Assembly: GCA_963739335.1 (NCBI GenBank)
Contig: CAVUAC010000088.1
Coordinates: 4,988 to 68,987, forward strand
Direction of reading: 5' to 3'
DNA: 64,000 nucleotides
Source of the DNA: an uncultured Bacteroidota bacterium
GTDB lineage: Bacteria > Bacteroidota > Ignavibacteria > UBA10030
Shown here: piece after piece, positions 62,792-64,000 of the stretch
Layout of the letters: each line of letters starts with the position of its first letter
Numbering within the stretch: the first letter of the stretch is position 1
Notes under the pieces: generated by a model
What the model was told of the DNA's origin: nothing
The model's input: only the letters and a program-made list of their open reading frames with translations
Database searches by the model: none
Position numbers and translations under genes: made by a program

Positions 62792-64000
62792 TCAACGAAA
62801 TTCATAATGAATTTGTGGACGTTCAGAGTCTCGTCCGCCGTTATGTCTACCCACATAATAGGTCAGCTTAGCCAGTTTCTCTTTATCCATCATGCCGTGA
62901 TTGATGTCGACACTAGTTCCTACTCGATGCAACTTGTGCTCTGGACTTGAACTGTCGAAATCCCAATTTGCTCTAGTGTCAAAATACCCACCGAATTCCA
63001 GACTCATGTCGTTGATACTTGTCTTTATCGTACTAGCCCCTCCATCTTCGGACCTTGTCCATTCATAAAAATCCAGAATAACAAGGTACAGGCTATTCCC
63101 CGTCTCAGCAGTGCACCAGTCATTGTCAGGATGGCGAGACTTTCCGTCTTGACTCTGGACCAATGTGTCTGGCACATCCTGAAGGAAAATGAGATATTTG
63201 AAGTTGACAAGGCCGGGCACCTTCACTTCCATATTCACTGTATCCTTGACCGTGGTGTCGGCCACCAACGATGCTGTCACCAAATATTTGCCCGAAACTT
63301 GAGAAGCGACAAGTGAATCAACAACTGCCATTCCATTTTGGTCGGTCGTAAGCAAGAGAGGATTTCCCTTTGGCTTGCCTTGTCCATAGAAATACCCCTG
63401 TTTCGGTTGAGGAAGTGAAACAGTCCCTAGATCGTGTTGGTGTCCGCCGCTGCGATCTTCAAATGACGTCATGACCCGAACCTGTTCGTCTTTCACAGGC
63501 TGGTTCGACGCATCCAACACCTGGATTCTGAAGCTTCTTTTGGGGTTGTATCCAGGCCTATCCGCGCCTCTGCGCGGTGGCACATATGGCCATGTTGTCC
63601 ACGGAGCATGATCAAGTATCTTGACCACTTTCTTCTTCACCTTCAGCCGCGCAAGACCATAGTGTATGCCACCACTGGGCACACCACCGCCCAGTATCTT
63701 GGCTCGCGGTTGTTTCTGAGCAACGGAACTCACGTTCAATTGCAGTGCTTTCGCTCTCGGTCGCTGTTGCACAGTTGTCTTGTTTCGAGCATCCAGCGAT
63801 CTGATGCTCATCGGCAACTCAAGTGGTTCTTCCGACACGAGTTGAATCAACACCTCGATGGAATCCGGCTCCGTTTCAGGATGGGCATAGTAATTCAAAG
63901 CTGCAAACCACCCATCGATGGACTTATCGACTTGAGTGCTGTCGAGCGTATATAGAAACCCAAAGGTGTCTGACTGCACTATCTCACATTTTCCCCACCA
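62792..64000 (-). CDS. Large protein, partial (frame open to window end): Ig-like (Big-1-like) domain + C-terminal MepA-like zinc peptidase domain
   Basis: Frame open upstream (WWGKCEIVQSD..); SGGHQH, TTDQNG, SG.Y.VTA; NDMSL..GG.FD..HKLHRVGTSVD..QIH. Confidence 0.75.
   Translation of the reverse strand, partial: WWGKCEIVQSDTFGFLYTLDSTQVDKSIDGWFAALNYYAHPETEPDSIEVLIQLVSEEPLELPMSIRSLDARNKTTVQQRPRAKALQLNVSSVAQKQPRAKILGGGVPSGGIHYGLARLKVKKKVVKILDHAPWTTWPYVPPRRGADRPGYNPKRSFRIQVLDASNQPVKDEQVRVMTSFEDRSGGHQHDLGTVSLPQPKQGYFYGQGKPKGNPLLLTTDQNGMAVVDSLVASQVSGKYLVTASLVADTTVKDTVNMEVKVPGLVNFKYLIFLQDVPDTLVQSQDGKSRHPDNDWCTAETGNSLYLVILDFYEWTRSEDGGASTIKTSINDMSLEFGGYFDTRANWDFDSSSPEHKLHRVGTSVDINHGMMDKEKLAKLTYYVGRHNGGRDSERPQIHYEFR

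Noticed and set aside
1-64000. Apparent excess of TCGA/CGAT words
   Set aside because: Visual impression only; cannot be separated from codon usage without a Markov-model count

Overview
64 kb of mostly chromosomal DNA from an Ignavibacteria/Chlorobi-like (FCB group) bacterium. The lineage call rests on T9SS genes, the Bacteroidota/Chlorobi-type GlyA insertion, and canonical TTGNNN-N17-TANNNT promoters with Shine-Dalgarno sites. In order, the window holds: a TolC/MFP efflux pair, cca, a Gfo/Idh/MocA oxidoreductase, a T9SS plug-like gene, a GT-C glycosyltransferase, a HAD phosphatase, fbaB, an rlmI-like gene, an ECF sigma/anti-sigma/DUF4097 unit, uvrA, an fpg/nei gene, a porU-porV T9SS cluster, glgA, a decayed gmhB-like pseudogene, rpiB-glyA-tatC-polyprenyl synthase, a WD40/BNR islet, usp-cNMP-ilvE, a candidate ceramide locus (spt, bcerS, cerR), a TonB receptor, small accessory genes and a terminal secreted three-gene unit. 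Most notable: (1) a large protein with a C-terminal MepA-like murein endopeptidase domain, tightly followed by a secreted 7x74-aa repeat protein and a small T9SS cargo; (2) a 4.5-kb islet flanked by two synonymously diverged copies of the usp 3' end; (3) about 14 single-base frameshifts in conserved genes, 8 of them at or beside GTAC, probably a methylation-linked long-read error footprint; (4) a ceramide locus with overlapping divergent promoters; (5) an M6-like T9SS cargo lacking HEXXH. No rRNA, tRNA, CRISPR array, transposase or integrase was recognised. All family assignments come from reading motifs by eye, not from database searches.
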